Shown in pieces: positions 1 to 11,781 of a stretch of 46,291 nt of DNA. A model generated the notes under the pieces. The model was not told the DNA's origin. It saw nothing but the letters and a program-made list of their open reading frames with translations, and did no database searches. This DNA is from Paraglomus brasilianum (lineage: Eukaryota). A program made the position numbers and the translations under genes. The stretch covers positions 1-46,291 of the forward strand of contig CAJVPI010000173.1 of assembly GCA_910592345.1 (NCBI GenBank), in the 5' to 3' direction. How positions within the stretch are numbered: position 1 is the first letter of the stretch; every line of letters begins with the position of its first letter.

Positions 1-107
1 ATGTGACAAGGGTTGGACATGTCGCAATAGTATTTGAAGTTTTCGCCGTTGTTAATGATATGATTTCCACACTCTAAACAAGAGCAGGGATTAAATTGGA
101 TTGACAT
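1..107 (-). CDS. 5' end of a gene running off the window edge; paralog of the HMG-box gene at 26492-27427
   Basis: ATG at 107 reads MSIQFNPCSCLECGNHIINNGENFKYYCDMSNPCH. The paralog reads NHIINNGEDFKYYCDVSNPCH. Nucleotides 1-66 match 27312-27377 with 2 mismatches. The HMG box itself would lie outside the window. Confidence 0.75.
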   Translation of the reverse strand, partial: MSIQFNPCSCLECGNHIINNGENFKYYCDMSNPCH

Positions 108-886
108 TTTGTATATAGGCCGTTGTTGTTGATGGGGGGGAGGTTTGGCTTTCTACTTTGCACGTTTGTTCACTTTATATCTTTATAAGCATAACCTATT
201 CGGTTATTTGAATATGTGCGACAGTATTGGACATTACTCTTGTTAACACTAATTAGATTATGCTATGGATTGTCTATGCATTAATGAATAGGTCGTGTGC
301 GTGTTTTTGGAAAGAAAAAACGATCCAATTTGATTGATACAGTAAATGCAGTAGTATTGGGGGTATTGACTAGTCAACGATAAATGGGAATACATACAAG
401 ATCAAGATATTTTTAAATCTTAATTAGTCGAATGCATTTAAAAGTGTCTCTACCGAAGTAGGATCGAATGCATTTAAGGTTCGGTGGGCATTAATATATT
501 CGTATGTTGACAATCCCATTATGGATATCACTCATCACATTGTAATGCATAACAGCCGTATTGGATTTTTTCATAATGCATTAAGTTGTGCGTTCCACTT
601 AGGGCAATGCATTAGTTGTACATCCAGATATGTTGCAATGCATATGGAATGTATTACCCATAGTTGCATTGTACATATCCACATTAAGAGAAATAAATTG
701 CCAGTTATATCGAAAACGATTTTAAGTACGACGGCAAAAACAACAGATTAGGATCATCATTATGTAAGCGATAAGACTAATATTTTCGTTTTCTGTACTA
801 TGAGATTTCCAATTTCATGCAAGCATTAAAGGTATTTAAAGTACGAATTCGTTCAAGAAGTAGCCTTTCTCACAGGGTAAAAAAAG

Positions 887-1318
887 ATGAGGCCAAATAA
901 CCTTGTTTTTGAAAGCAAGTACCTCCTTCCCGAAAGCAAGTACCTCCTTCCCGAATACAAGTACCTTCTTCCCGGATACAAGTACCTTCTTAATGAAATG
1001 GACGTAACGTACTTGCACGACTCTATGTTAGACGTTACGGAGCACATAGTTGAATTAAGAGAAACGACCGTAAAAATGGCCTGGATCTACTATTGTGGGA
1101 AACTGTTGACTTGCTTCCCAATACCCAGTTTGTCCGAAGCCCGCGAAATGGCTAAACAACACGGATGGACGAAAATTGTCGATGACTTTACCTTTTTTAG
1201 ATGCATCCTAGATCTATATCTAGCTGGTGTGCAACGCAAGCACGTTGCAAAAATAGCGTTGAACGTTTGGATAAGAGCTTGTGACTCGGCTCGAGAAAGT
1301 TTCAATATTTCATCATAG
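887..1318 (+). CDS. Divergent HMG-box-like protein, possibly truncated in helix 3 (possible pseudogene)
   Basis: KIVDDFTFFRCIL...QRKHVAKIALNVW...SARESF fits the HMG helix1/helix2/helix3 pattern (NxFxxFR...W...F). It is preceded by the same beta-strand plus FPIPS segment seen in neighbouring genes. The stop falls early in helix 3. Confidence 0.55.
   Translation: MRPNNLVFESKYLLPESKYLLPEYKYLLPGYKYLLNEMDVTYLHDSMLDVTEHIVELRETTVKMAWIYYCGKLLTCFPIPSLSEAREMAKQHGWTKIVDDFTFFRCILDLYLAGVQRKHVAKIALNVWIRACDSARESFNISS
911..991 (+). repeat. 21-bp coding minisatellite, ~4 copies (ESKYLLP)
   Basis: GAAAGCAAGTACCTCCTTCCC x2 followed by two variant copies. Confidence 0.95.
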
Positions 1319-2372
1319 AAAGCTTTACTAAGTCCGACTATTATACGACTTCGACAACTCAGACTTTTGAGAATCCAACATCCTTGACATTGGCTACAGT
1401 ATACAAGGGATTTCAGTCGTGAAGTTTGTAATATGCATAGGTTACCGCATATACCATAACTGGAATTTGCCCTATCGGTAGTTGGGAAGGGTGGTATTTA
1501 CTGAGGAGCGGAAGCTCGAGATAAATCTGGGTCGTGGTTTAAATTTTTACTCTCTTCAAGCGGATCGGTCGGTTATCAAATAATCTCAGTGATACATCCG
1601 AGTTATAATAGGTGCCATCTTACATGTTAACCAGATACCTTGAGCTATGGGTATTTATGGGATTATTTTATGTACATATAAAAAAAAAAGAAAAGTATTA
1701 CTCATTTTAATAAAGCAGTGTAGAAATATTAATTATCTCGCCCAGTTGACGTTTTTGCGTAAAACTGTTTGACCACACACAATGGCAATCATGCTCATTG
1801 GAATTAGCCCACTTTACTATTCCTACATACATGATTTTACTTTAAAGTCGTCAGTCTAATCGTAATGTCTTCCACATTCCTTTTCGGGTAAGAGTATAGC
1901 TGGATTCATACTTGCATCACAAAGTTGGTTAGTCATTCGTTTCAATGAAAAAATTGCTTCTCCTTTACCATATTCGCACAAACACGTGTCTATTACAGTT
2001 GCCTTAATATTAAGTACTATAAAATTTCACGTATATATCACATGATACAAATGGGTAAAGGTGGTATACTTTATCTACACGCTAACTCGTCGCGCCATTG
2101 GTGAAACGATTGATAAGAGAAAGGTAGACAATAAATATTCTATATATGTATTCCGGTTACTATTTATACAAATGCGGCTGACACCAAAAAACAAAGACAC
2201 CATTAAATGTCGCGTATTGTAAGGAGAAAGGGGTTAAGGCTGGGCGACTATAATACGTAACTGAATACAAAAGCCATATAGTTTAGGGCGTATATATAGA
2301 ATTCCATAGAACGTACCAAAGCACACTTATAAATAAATTTAACATCAATACGAATCTATTAACAAATTAATA

Positions 2373-3836
2373 ATGTCCAGACAACGTTCACACAAACGCA
2401 GCCTTTCCACCTCTCCCTTCCGTGACTCTTCAACCTTACCACTTACCGAACCTTCGTCACACTCCATTGCCTCTCCTTTATCGATCCTATCAACCCTCAA
2501 AGCAACAGACATTCCCATTCCCGACGTTACTTTTATCCGCCGTCTGCTCCACTCGTCCAGCCGAGCAAAATCAAAACGCATCGATCCACCGCGTCCGCCA
2601 AATGCTTTTTTTTTGTTCCGCAATGCTTTGCATTTCCACGTATCTAACCACAATCTCAGAGTACCTCAAGTGTCAGTCGCTGCGGGGAGGTTGTGGGAAG
2701 AGGCAGGAATAGAGCTAAGGGATGAGTACACCAAACTGCAAGAGATAGCAAAGCAGATCCATTTGGAGATGTATCCAGGATATGTATATCGCCCAAGGAA
2801 GAATGGCACAAGTGGATGTGCTACTGACAAAACCGGTTGCAATGAGCATGCTATTCGTAAAGACGATAACAGTAATAATACAAGTTTGAGCGATGACGGC
2901 CGTGTCAATGTCACCAATAATAATCTTGCTGAACGTGGGGAATCTGCAAAGAGTTCAGAAATAAAATACAGTCCTATCACGCTCAACAATAACATGGCTT
3001 TCCCTCCCCTTACAAACTTTGCTTACGAGAACTACAGGCCAACAACGACCGGCGAGTCTTGCATGCTGCAACCCTCGGTTCCTTCTTCTTCTTCTTCTTG
3101 TGCCCAGTGGTGCAATATTGCTGACCATCATGATGCGTACAGCGACTATAACGATTCCAATGCTTATTGTGCTAAGATTGCGTGCAATAAAACATACGAT
3201 GGACATAACACCTATAGTAACACCTATAGTAACACCTATAGTAACACCTATAGTAACACCTATAGTAACACCTATAGTAACATTTATAGTAACACATATA
3301 ATAGCACGTATAATGACGTATACAGGGTTCCAGTTCTAATTCAAACTCAAGCTTACGTTCCTCCTTATTCGGGCTCCATCCATGGAATGGTTTCATATCA
3401 CACACATTCGGGAGAAGTTCTATCATCATCAATTTATAGCGGTATTAACCGAATGAATGTCACTGCACATGTGAAGACGCTGCGGAAAGATATTGTGATG
3501 AGAGAAGAAGATATTAGCATGAGCAAGGCATTGTATCAAAGAAAAGAGGCAAATCAAGGCCAAAGTGGAGAAGAGTATTGTTTGATTAATCAAGTAGATC
3601 AAATCGATCAGAAGTATATATACTATGAAGTAGACCAATGTAATAATAACAAGTTGTCACCCAGTCTATCTCTTTCTTCCTTTGATAACGTTCATCCTTT
3701 GTGTTTTAGTAACAACAAGCCTAAACTACTCATTCAATCTAATGGCATCGAACATAGCAACTCGATATGCTTGGATGATTATGATTTCAATGATGGTGAT
3801 GGGGCAAGTGATATGGCAATAGTGAAGAGTGAATAG
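2373..3836 (+). CDS. Canonical MATA_HMG/SOX-type HMG-box transcription factor, 487 aa
   Basis: PPRPPNAFFLFRNAL...QVSVAAGRLWEEAGIELRDEYTKLQEIAKQIHLEMYPGYVYRPRK is a complete sequence-specific HMG box with the YPxYxYxPRK tail, followed by a long low-complexity C-terminus. Confidence 0.93.
   Translation: MSRQRSHKRSLSTSPFRDSSTLPLTEPSSHSIASPLSILSTLKATDIPIPDVTFIRRLLHSSSRAKSKRIDPPRPPNAFFLFRNALHFHVSNHNLRVPQVSVAAGRLWEEAGIELRDEYTKLQEIAKQIHLEMYPGYVYRPRKNGTSGCATDKTGCNEHAIRKDDNSNNTSLSDDGRVNVTNNNLAERGESAKSSEIKYSPITLNNNMAFPPLTNFAYENYRPTTTGESCMLQPSVPSSSSSCAQWCNIADHHDAYSDYNDSNAYCAKIACNKTYDGHNTYSNTYSNTYSNTYSNTYSNTYSNIYSNTYNSTYNDVYRVPVLIQTQAYVPPYSGSIHGMVSYHTHSGEVLSSSIYSGINRMNVTAHVKTLRKDIVMREEDISMSKALYQRKEANQGQSGEEYCLINQVDQIDQKYIYYEVDQCNNNKLSPSLSLSSFDNVHPLCFSNNKPKLLIQSNGIEHSNSICLDDYDFNDGDGASDMAIVKSE
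3207..3314 (+). repeat. 12-bp coding tandem repeat (NTYS)
   Basis: AACACCTATAGT x6 perfect plus 3 degenerate copies. Confidence 0.95.
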
Positions 3837-4293
3837 GAGGGGTAGTGTAGAAGAGAAAATCGTCAATTTGGCTAGTGCGTGAGTAGATTGGGATTACTGT
3901 ATTGGACAGGAGATCATTTGTTATTTTCGGCTTGGTTGTGATTAACTACCTATTGAGGTAGCAATAATGCAATACACGAACAATGTCTCCATTATGTTCT
4001 CTGTTTAAGAACAGTTTACTACAGTGTAAATAACACAGATATCAATATTGTCAACTAGAGAATTTAAAAACATGCTTTTGTATCGATTTTCCCAATTGAG
4101 CTAACACTGATACAATTGAATACTTAACAATGGCTAAGCCATTCCAGTCAATGTCAGACGGGGCCAAATTGGAAAAATCACAGCCAACAAAAAAACAACA
4201 ATAATAACAATAACAATAACAAACAATAAACCAGTACGTAATACCTGTTACTGTAATAATAATGTAGTAATTAACTGTTACACGATGGATCTC

Positions 4294-5493
4294 TTAAAAA
4301 CCGAGAATCAACCCCTGCAAGGCCTCGGTGCCTCTTTCACCCAGCAACCAGCTAATCATAGCCAGTGCCTTCGCATCCAATCCAACGTAATATGTCGTTT
4401 TAGGATATTTGGCAGTCAATGCATTGACAATAGCGTCAGTGACCAATGCAGGCGGAGGTATTGTGTCAATGAATTCGTTGCTGTATTTCCCAGCTGTACG
4501 ATATTGCTCCTTGTAGTGCACGATAACGGCAGGGTTGATGTGACGTGGAGTCTCTCGGAATAAATTGAGATCGAGGAAATTCTGGTTAGTCTCGTGAGTG
4601 AGACGCGTGTCTATCATACCTATATGTCATGGGATGTAAAGAATGCGGGGCATCAAAGAACATTAGCACGCAATATACAAAGAGTAACAATCAAATATCA
4701 AATAAAAATAACATTTTCTCGCTTGGTCTATCGCTTTTATAACACTACCATCTCAATTTCCTAATCATCGTTTCTTACCGGGCTCAATCAACGACACAAA
4801 CACGCCTAATCTTCTCAACTCCATTCTCCAAACCTTGGTCAACGCTCTCAACGCAGCCTTGGAACTAGAGTATGCGCCCATGGATATAGTCGCTTCCCAC
4901 GAAGCAATGCTGCCAATATTAATAACTCTTCCTCTGCCCTCTCTCAACATGGGCAAGAAAGCCTTGGTCAAATTAGCAACCGCAAAGAAATTAGTCTCGA
5001 AAATCTCCCTGAAAGTTGCATCAGACGTTAATTCAGCTTGCAAGTGTTTCGCTTGAGCTGCATTGTTGATCAAACCGACCAGCGGTTTATCACGACCAAG
5101 TACATTGCGGACAATGTTTTGTGCTTTTTGGATATCGCCCTTGTCGGTTACATCCATTATGATGGGTATTAGGTTTCCTTGATTTGTATTCACGTATTGT
5201 TGGAAAAGATGAGTCAGGTCGTCAGCATCAACTTGTTTGCGTACGGTCGCAAATACAGTGTAGCCCATTCGTGCGAGAGTAATGGCAGCATTTTGACCAA
5301 TGCCTGTTGATGTGCCAGTTACCAGGACAGCCGGGTGGTATGTGGGAGTTGGTTTTTCGATTGGGAAAGGAGGGGGCTCATTGAAAATGTAATGGAAAAC
5401 GAGACAGAGGATGTAATTAATGTAGTAGCTAATGTAGTCAATGACGAGGGTTGCGTGAAAGAGGACCTCTTTTAGAAGAGTTAGCGTAGACAT
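4294..5493 (-). CDS. Classical short-chain dehydrogenase/reductase (retinol/17-beta-HSD-like), 2 exons: 5493-4779, 4619-4294; ~346 aa
   Basis: TGTSTGIG nucleotide-binding motif, NNAA, catalytic YSSSK and a hydrophobic N-terminus. The GTAAG..TAG intron at 4778-4620 joins IEPG to MIDT in frame. Confidence 0.92.
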
Positions 5494-6224
5494 TGTTAGA
5501 GCAAGAATGCTTCAATGGACAACCAATTAATTAAATAAATAATTCGAGGTGTCAGAATAACGGGCCGAGCAAGTAGGAAAAGAAGCCAAAATCTACCAGT
5601 TGATCAATTGCCCTCCGCTCCGTATATCCCCCACCTTCAGTACATGTGAAAGTATGTTTAAAAGTGTTACAGGTGTACAATCACGAGATTAATTACGAAT
5701 TTAGTATCCCAACAATAGAATGCATATGCATATCTGCAAATAGGATACAGGTCTTATGATTGATTGCGTTCCTTTTAGTTGCACCTGTGGGGGAAGGGCA
5801 CTTAAACTAACATGCAAGATCTTGGCTAAAAATAAGCTTTGATATCAAAAGGCATGAAAATCTCTTTAATTTTAAACGAATAATATTTAATTTGGTCCGT
5901 TTTTGGTGATACAAAAGCCATTCAAATGTAATCACATAAGAATGGTATGTTTTTGGCGCGCTTTCAAAAAATTTACTAATTAGATCCTAATTAGATAAAA
6001 CAAGCATTTAGTCACTGTTTGACATGTTGCGTTTGTAATAAGGGACTTTATAAATAACCTAATATAGTTAGAACATTAGTTTATCATTTGTAGCGCCCTT
6101 TTTTACGCGTCAGCCCCCCAAAGATATATATTCATTGCAATGTGACTGTGACACATTAGAAATTTTAGAATATAATATATTAATATGTCTTGAGCGTTCC
6201 TTTTTTTGCCTTCGCAGGTTAAAC

Positions 6225-6945
6225 ATGTCCGCATCAACTCTGCGTCGCAGAAGAACAAAATGCCCAGACCCTCGAATTTTGCTGATGCTGGCAAAACAGT
6301 ATCCCAACCCTACGCTTACTGCCAGCAATAATGGATTTTCAATTTCTTGTAATAACGGGACTACGTTCAAAATCCCTTTTCTGTTACCAGCGCAATTTTT
6401 TGCAACTTCGGATAGAAACAAAAATCCAAACATCTTTATGGTGTTTCGGAAACTCTTTCTACTAAGTCTTCAGAAAAACCGTAATGCTTTATCTTCAGAA
6501 CAAAAGTACGTTTCGATACTTGCGGGACAGGCGTGGGATAACCGAGACCAGTCTGCCCGAGATACGATTCGATGGTACGCAGACCAGTTGAAGCAATATA
6601 AGAAGAGAAATGCTACCCCTTCTGTGACAAGCTTTCCTTATGTTGTTCCATGCATAGGTTGCGGTATTTTCAATTTGTTAAACCCACTAGGTATGCGCAC
6701 TTGTAGAGATTATATCAATTAACGCAAAGCATTATTTTAGTGTCTCGTATATCTTTATGAAAACTAACAAGTTTCTTGTCTTATATAAAGCATCTGCAAC
6801 CTTTGCTCCGTGCTTGAACGCAATGGTTGTTTCTGCAGAACCGTTATTACAAGCACAAGGTGGTCTTAATGTGGCCGAAGATTTATCCAACGTCGACCAA
6901 ACCGAAAGTTCGATTGATCAGACTTTTTATAACGAACCAAAATAA
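6225..6945 (+). CDS. Divergent HMG-box protein type A1 with C-terminal CxxC; exons 6225-6690, 6791-6945; ~206 aa
   Basis: KNPNIFMVFRKLF...QKYVSILAGQAW...ARDTIRWYA, then PCIGCG. Intron GTATGC..CTAAC..AAG (6691-6790) joins in frame to the 6757-6945 ORF. Start codon uncertain. Confidence 0.8.
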
Positions 6946-8711
6946 AGAAAAGCAGTCGTGCTTTCTATACTGCAAAAAGTAATAATTGTTTCTCGCACTT
7001 GGTTAAAATGGTATGCATGCACATAATAATAAGCGTTTAGTCTCAATTATATTAAACTTTTCCCAACTAATTTAGCTCTGTTTATGTAGGGCTTGAAACT
7101 TTATTTAAACCAAAAATTCATATCACAGATGTATTAATACTGTATATTAATGACTGACTCGTCCTAGCATTTACTTGACATAATTAACGCAGAAACAAAT
7201 TGTTCAAAACCTTGTCTTATCATCGATTTTCGTATTGTATACAATAATTCGAAAGAAATAAAATTGTTCAAAGCTTGTCTTATCTTATATATCAAATCGA
7301 ACTATTGTTCCATTACCTATCTAGTTTGGATGCAACCTATAAATCGAAGACATACGCATATATGAGGTATTTGTTTACTATAGAAGCCCCGATATTGATG
7401 TCAAATAAAGAAATAATAATGCAACACTGCGTGGAAGTGGAGATGTCTCCATAGTCTTTGTTTTGGAGTGTTACCTCGGAGTATCGGACAAGCTATCCAG
7501 ATGAGTGACAGGGGTATGCATTCAAACAAACGGATGTTTGTTTCACGATGAATCTCATCTATCTTATTCTGGTAAAAAGTAAATGTCAAAGTACACATTG
7601 GTCGTTATACGAGGACAAAATATGCACTTGTTTTTTACTTGGGAAAAAATTCAAAGAAGCCAATGTATTAAATTAATTATACCACAATAAAAAAAAGCGA
7701 AACAATTGTCCAGGAACAGGCAAGCATTTTCTTTAAATGAGCAATACCATCCATATTTGTTCCAATGGGTTAATATCATTTGTACCTGTGTAATGTTTTG
7801 ATAACACTGAAGGAAGGGGTAACTCGAATTCATTGGACACTTGTCAATGGCAATGGGTATTGCAATGGACTTTGGCAATTAACACTTCTTTTACGTATAG
7901 AATAATTTATTGGGAAATTTCAATAACAATTTCACCTACTTTTACTATAAGGTAGAGAAAACTACTGTACGATCACACGCAACTTTAATTTGTCTTTACT
8001 ATCGAGACATCGAATATCTGATGCACCCGGTGGATCGTTTTATCTATGCGTGAGGACCATGTATGTTCACGCAGCATATTTCTGGTTCCCAAATCAAGCA
8101 ACAGTTTAAACTTTAAAAAAAGCTCAAGCAGTTACGAGTGTCTGGATAAGGCTTGATGGTAATACGTACCTGCGCGCTTGCTGATATTAATGTCTTAATT
8201 GATGGATGTTTTTGTATGGGTAAAGGCTATTTTACATGTTGCAGCACGTATGTCAGCATGGGGTAATATTGTTACCCCAAAGTCCCTCGCGATAGTAATA
8301 TTGTTACCCCGCGCAAATCAATAAAGGTTGGGCGTTTGTCCGACTGTTTCAAACTAATAATTGGAATAATGACAATCAGTTAACTGCAAAAGAAATTCAT
8401 TGCAATGCATTGGCATATAATCTAATAGTCAGGTCGATTGTCATACAAGACGCTGAAGCGCGAATTATTACTTATTTAAGTATTAAATCCAATTCTTTTA
8501 CTCCGGAGATTCTTTAAAATAAAACAAGAAAAAACAACTTAACCTTGTGCAAATTTTGATGCCAAACTCCGATAGAAATCTAGGCTCACAAATAAATCTC
8601 TGATTTGGACTAGTGGCTTATATTATCGAATCATAAACATATCATAAGATGGATTAATTTTTGCGTTATAAATCCGTAGCGACGTGCACCGGAAAATATA
8701 CTTTTGGAAGA

Positions 8712-9327
8712 ATGGACGACGGCAATTCATTAATGCCTAACGATGTTACTGTGGATGCTCTTCAAAATAACATCCGTATAAGATGCGCTGAAGAAACTCT
8801 CGCTACGATCGAGATTCCTTCGGCTCCGCTTGAACTCCGCAGAAAACCCATCAATGGATTTATTCTATTCAGAAACTTGTTGTTTGCCGCTCTGGCGAAA
8901 ACCGACCAATTTCTCAATTATCGTTGCTCTTCGGTAGCAGGTACAGCATGGAAAAAGATGCCAAGCGAGGTAAAAGATAAATTTAGTAAAACTGTAATGG
9001 AAAGCAAACATTCGAGACAAAGTGAGAGAGGCAGAAAAGACAAGAGACAGCATTCCGACGAGAATCACAAGAATATTAAAAAACGACGACAATATAAGGA
9101 CCGTAAAACTGTGTCTACAAACCCTACGATAACCACGTCGCGCTCTTACGAGCAATGTACGGTTACTGACACAGTTTTTACGTATACATGTAACTCATGT
9201 GGACTCATTAATGATGTGAGCATTCAAGGTAAATACTGTATAAAATTTAACTGTTATGTTTTGTCTAGTTTTTAAGTTTACTAACCTTCTTTCCATTTTC
9301 TCTTATGTAGACATACCCCATTTCTAA
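8712..9327 (+). CDS. Divergent HMG-box protein type B1 with C-terminal CxxC; exons 8712-9228, 9311-9327; ~177 aa
   Basis: RRKPINGFILFRNLL...CSSVAGTAWKKMPSEVKDKF, a basic linker, then YTCNSCG. Intron GTAAAT..CTAAC..TAG (9229-9310). Confidence 0.82.
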
Positions 9328-9925
9328 AATCATTACTGGATTTTTGCTACAAATTATTGCTCAATAACTTATTCTGATAAAGCGGCGGTTAGAATTTAAG
9401 TAATGTTTTATGTTAATGCGTATTTTGCGACATATTGACAATGTACGTAATAACAGACTACACGAACATATTTATTAACGAAATAGGGTCTCTTACACTG
9501 TACAATTTTTTATATTATAAACTATATATATACGCGGTAAAGTCACTTGTGATTAAGTAACTAGCATATATCATATAAACGTTTTATCCTTTAGATACAT
9601 TATTTAATTTATTGGCTAGTGATTCAATAAAAAGCATTACTAAATGTTCAACGCTAATACGTTCTTGGAAATATTTATATGCGCGACTTTTGTATCTTGC
9701 TGTAGAATGATAACTTTTATAGTAAGATACAGCTGATTAACTAATGTATCCGAAATTATTATGATTATTGAACAGACGGCAAAGAAAGTCTGCCGTTATT
9801 ATTGTTGTTGAAATTTTGTTTGGTAAATTAAAACATGTAAGCTAATATTACTAGTTATAGTTATACTCAGGTCAAGTCTAGATAATAGAAAGACATGATC
9901 TTGAATTATCGTGCGCTTATACTTT

Positions 9926-10013
9926 AGTTGGGGACCTGTCTCAGTTCTGGACCGAGACAACTGAGTTCTGGGCTGATCTGAACCAAGACAGATCCCGAAC
10001 TCAGACACAACAT
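9926..10013. mobile_element. Truncated copy of the Ginger-like MITE family
   Basis: Shares GTTGGGACCTGTCTCAGTTC-like sequence, GAGACAACTGAGTTCTGG repeats and the ..CAACA end with 42866-42980 and 29652-29777. Confidence 0.7.
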
Positions 10014-11123
10014 ATGTATGGCAAACACTGCCATTTTCGTGACATCGTTTGTTAACAAATCACGTGTATTGATAGCTAGTATTATTTTCAAGAAAAAAAA
10101 AAAAGCCAACTGGCATTCTGTAAAAAAAGTTAGTGTAATTTCACAATATTAATATTATCTATTGTCTGGTCTTACGGCTATAAATAATCTGACATGTTAC
10201 ACGGCAAGTTTTAAAAAGCATTACAAAGAAAACAATAAGAGATAAAGCAAAGATATCGAGTATAACGCACCCGATCATATGCATCATTCGGCTTTTCTAA
10301 CAACCCTTGTTTCGCCACTGGGCGAGCCCCTTAATGAAATAGTGTACTATGATTTTCAGTGTCAAATAAAATGGTGCGTATATTTTTCCAGTCTTATATG
10401 ATTTAGGAAATATGAGTATTACAATATCATTATAAGCATGAGCCAAGTTCTAATAATACTGTAATATCAAATATAACGTGCATACTTTTATTTTTAGATA
10501 TTGAAATGTTTATTTAAACCTAAAAATTATTTATTCAAGTCATGTGGCACTTCAGCAAAAGCAGTACATTCTCAACTATGGTTGGTGGCATTATACTGTA
10601 ATTCGTAGAGAAGCAGCTCTTGGGCAAGGCCCATTTTATGCGCAAAACGGAAGGTTGAAGTTTTTCACAACTTAACGTTGTAACAGCTACACTAACATAC
10701 AATTCAGACAACTGATAAAGTAATTGGTGCAAAACTTGGTTATTTATCGCATATAAAAAATTATAAATCGCGACCGCGCAGTATTTTGTTTCCCCTGTAT
10801 ATCATTGCATAAATGAGTATAACAACCACGCGATTATAAAAAAAGTTAAAAGTAATTTGCTCTTTGTTATTCCTATTTAATTCATTGAAGTATTTAAGCA
10901 ACTAGTCAAGCGCCTGTTTTGCCTCCTGGATCAATACTTAATACCTTCATTGGGGTTGAGTTGCTCTCAGCACAATTAAACTGTGCAACCTCTTACTTCC
11001 TAATAATTAGAATACGTCCTTTAACCTATTTTAACCTATCACAATAAGCGACGCCTACGCTTCTTTTTTCTGTCTGCACTTACAGGTATACTGTACCTGG
11101 GATTGTCAAAGGAAAGAAAGAAG

Positions 11124-11781
11124 ATGGCGACAGAAGATGTAAGCCAAGAATATCCTAACCCGGTACTGGGTATAATTACCACAAGAGGGCACGAATCAGC
11201 TTTAATAAGCTGTGCAAACGGACGAACGTTTGAATTTTCTCTTCCCTCCCCGGCACAGCTTGCTTTGATTTTTGGTGATAAAAAAATACCAAATAATTTC
11301 ATGGTATTCCGCAAACTTTTTCAACAAAGTTTGAGAAAAGATGAAGATCCGTTATGCTTTAAACAGAGGCGGGTTTCAATAATTTCAGGTTGGGCATGGA
11401 GAGCAGGAGATAATTTTGCTCGAAATAAATTCAAGAGGCTTGCCACAGAAGCGAGGCAATATCAAAATCAGGTCGCACCGTCAATGTCAAACCTTCCTTT
11501 GGTTTACAAGTGTGGCGGCTGTGGACTCTATAATAGATTGAGTTCAGATGCTTCAGGTATATTTTTTTATTTGTGATAATATAATACGCAAATATCAATT
11601 AACGCAAGTTTTATGGAGGCTAAAAACTTTCTCTTGCTTTATCTATCATCTAGGAGTATGTATGGGCGTTTCTGAGTTGTTGGTGCCAATACCAGGTATT
11701 CCCGAAGAGTCTTATCAAACGGAGAGTCTCTATCAAAGTGAAGATTTATATCATCAGGTTGTTTACAGACAATCATTATAG
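11124..11781 (+). CDS. Divergent HMG-box protein type A2 with C-terminal CxxC; exons 11124-11556, 11654-11781; ~186 aa
   Basis: KIPNNFMVFRKLF...QRRVSIISGWAW...ARNKFKRLA, then YKCGGCG. Colinear with A1 (YPNP, ISCxNGxTF, PAQ). The GT..AG intron at 11557-11653 joins in frame to the 11548-11781 ORF. Confidence 0.82.

Noticed and set aside
2345..3638. Antisense and alternate-frame ORFs over the 487-aa HMG gene (e.g. YYRC or TPIV repeats)
   Set aside because: Shadow frames of the real CDS and its 12-bp repeat.
4197..4227. Four AACAAT HMG-site-like hexamers
   Set aside because: They sit in an (AAC/AAT) microsatellite between two convergent 3' ends and are best explained by slippage.
7197..7285. 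Short direct repeat AAATTGTTCAAA(A/G)C(C)TTGTCTTATC
   Set aside because: Two copies only; an ordinary local duplication with no further structure.
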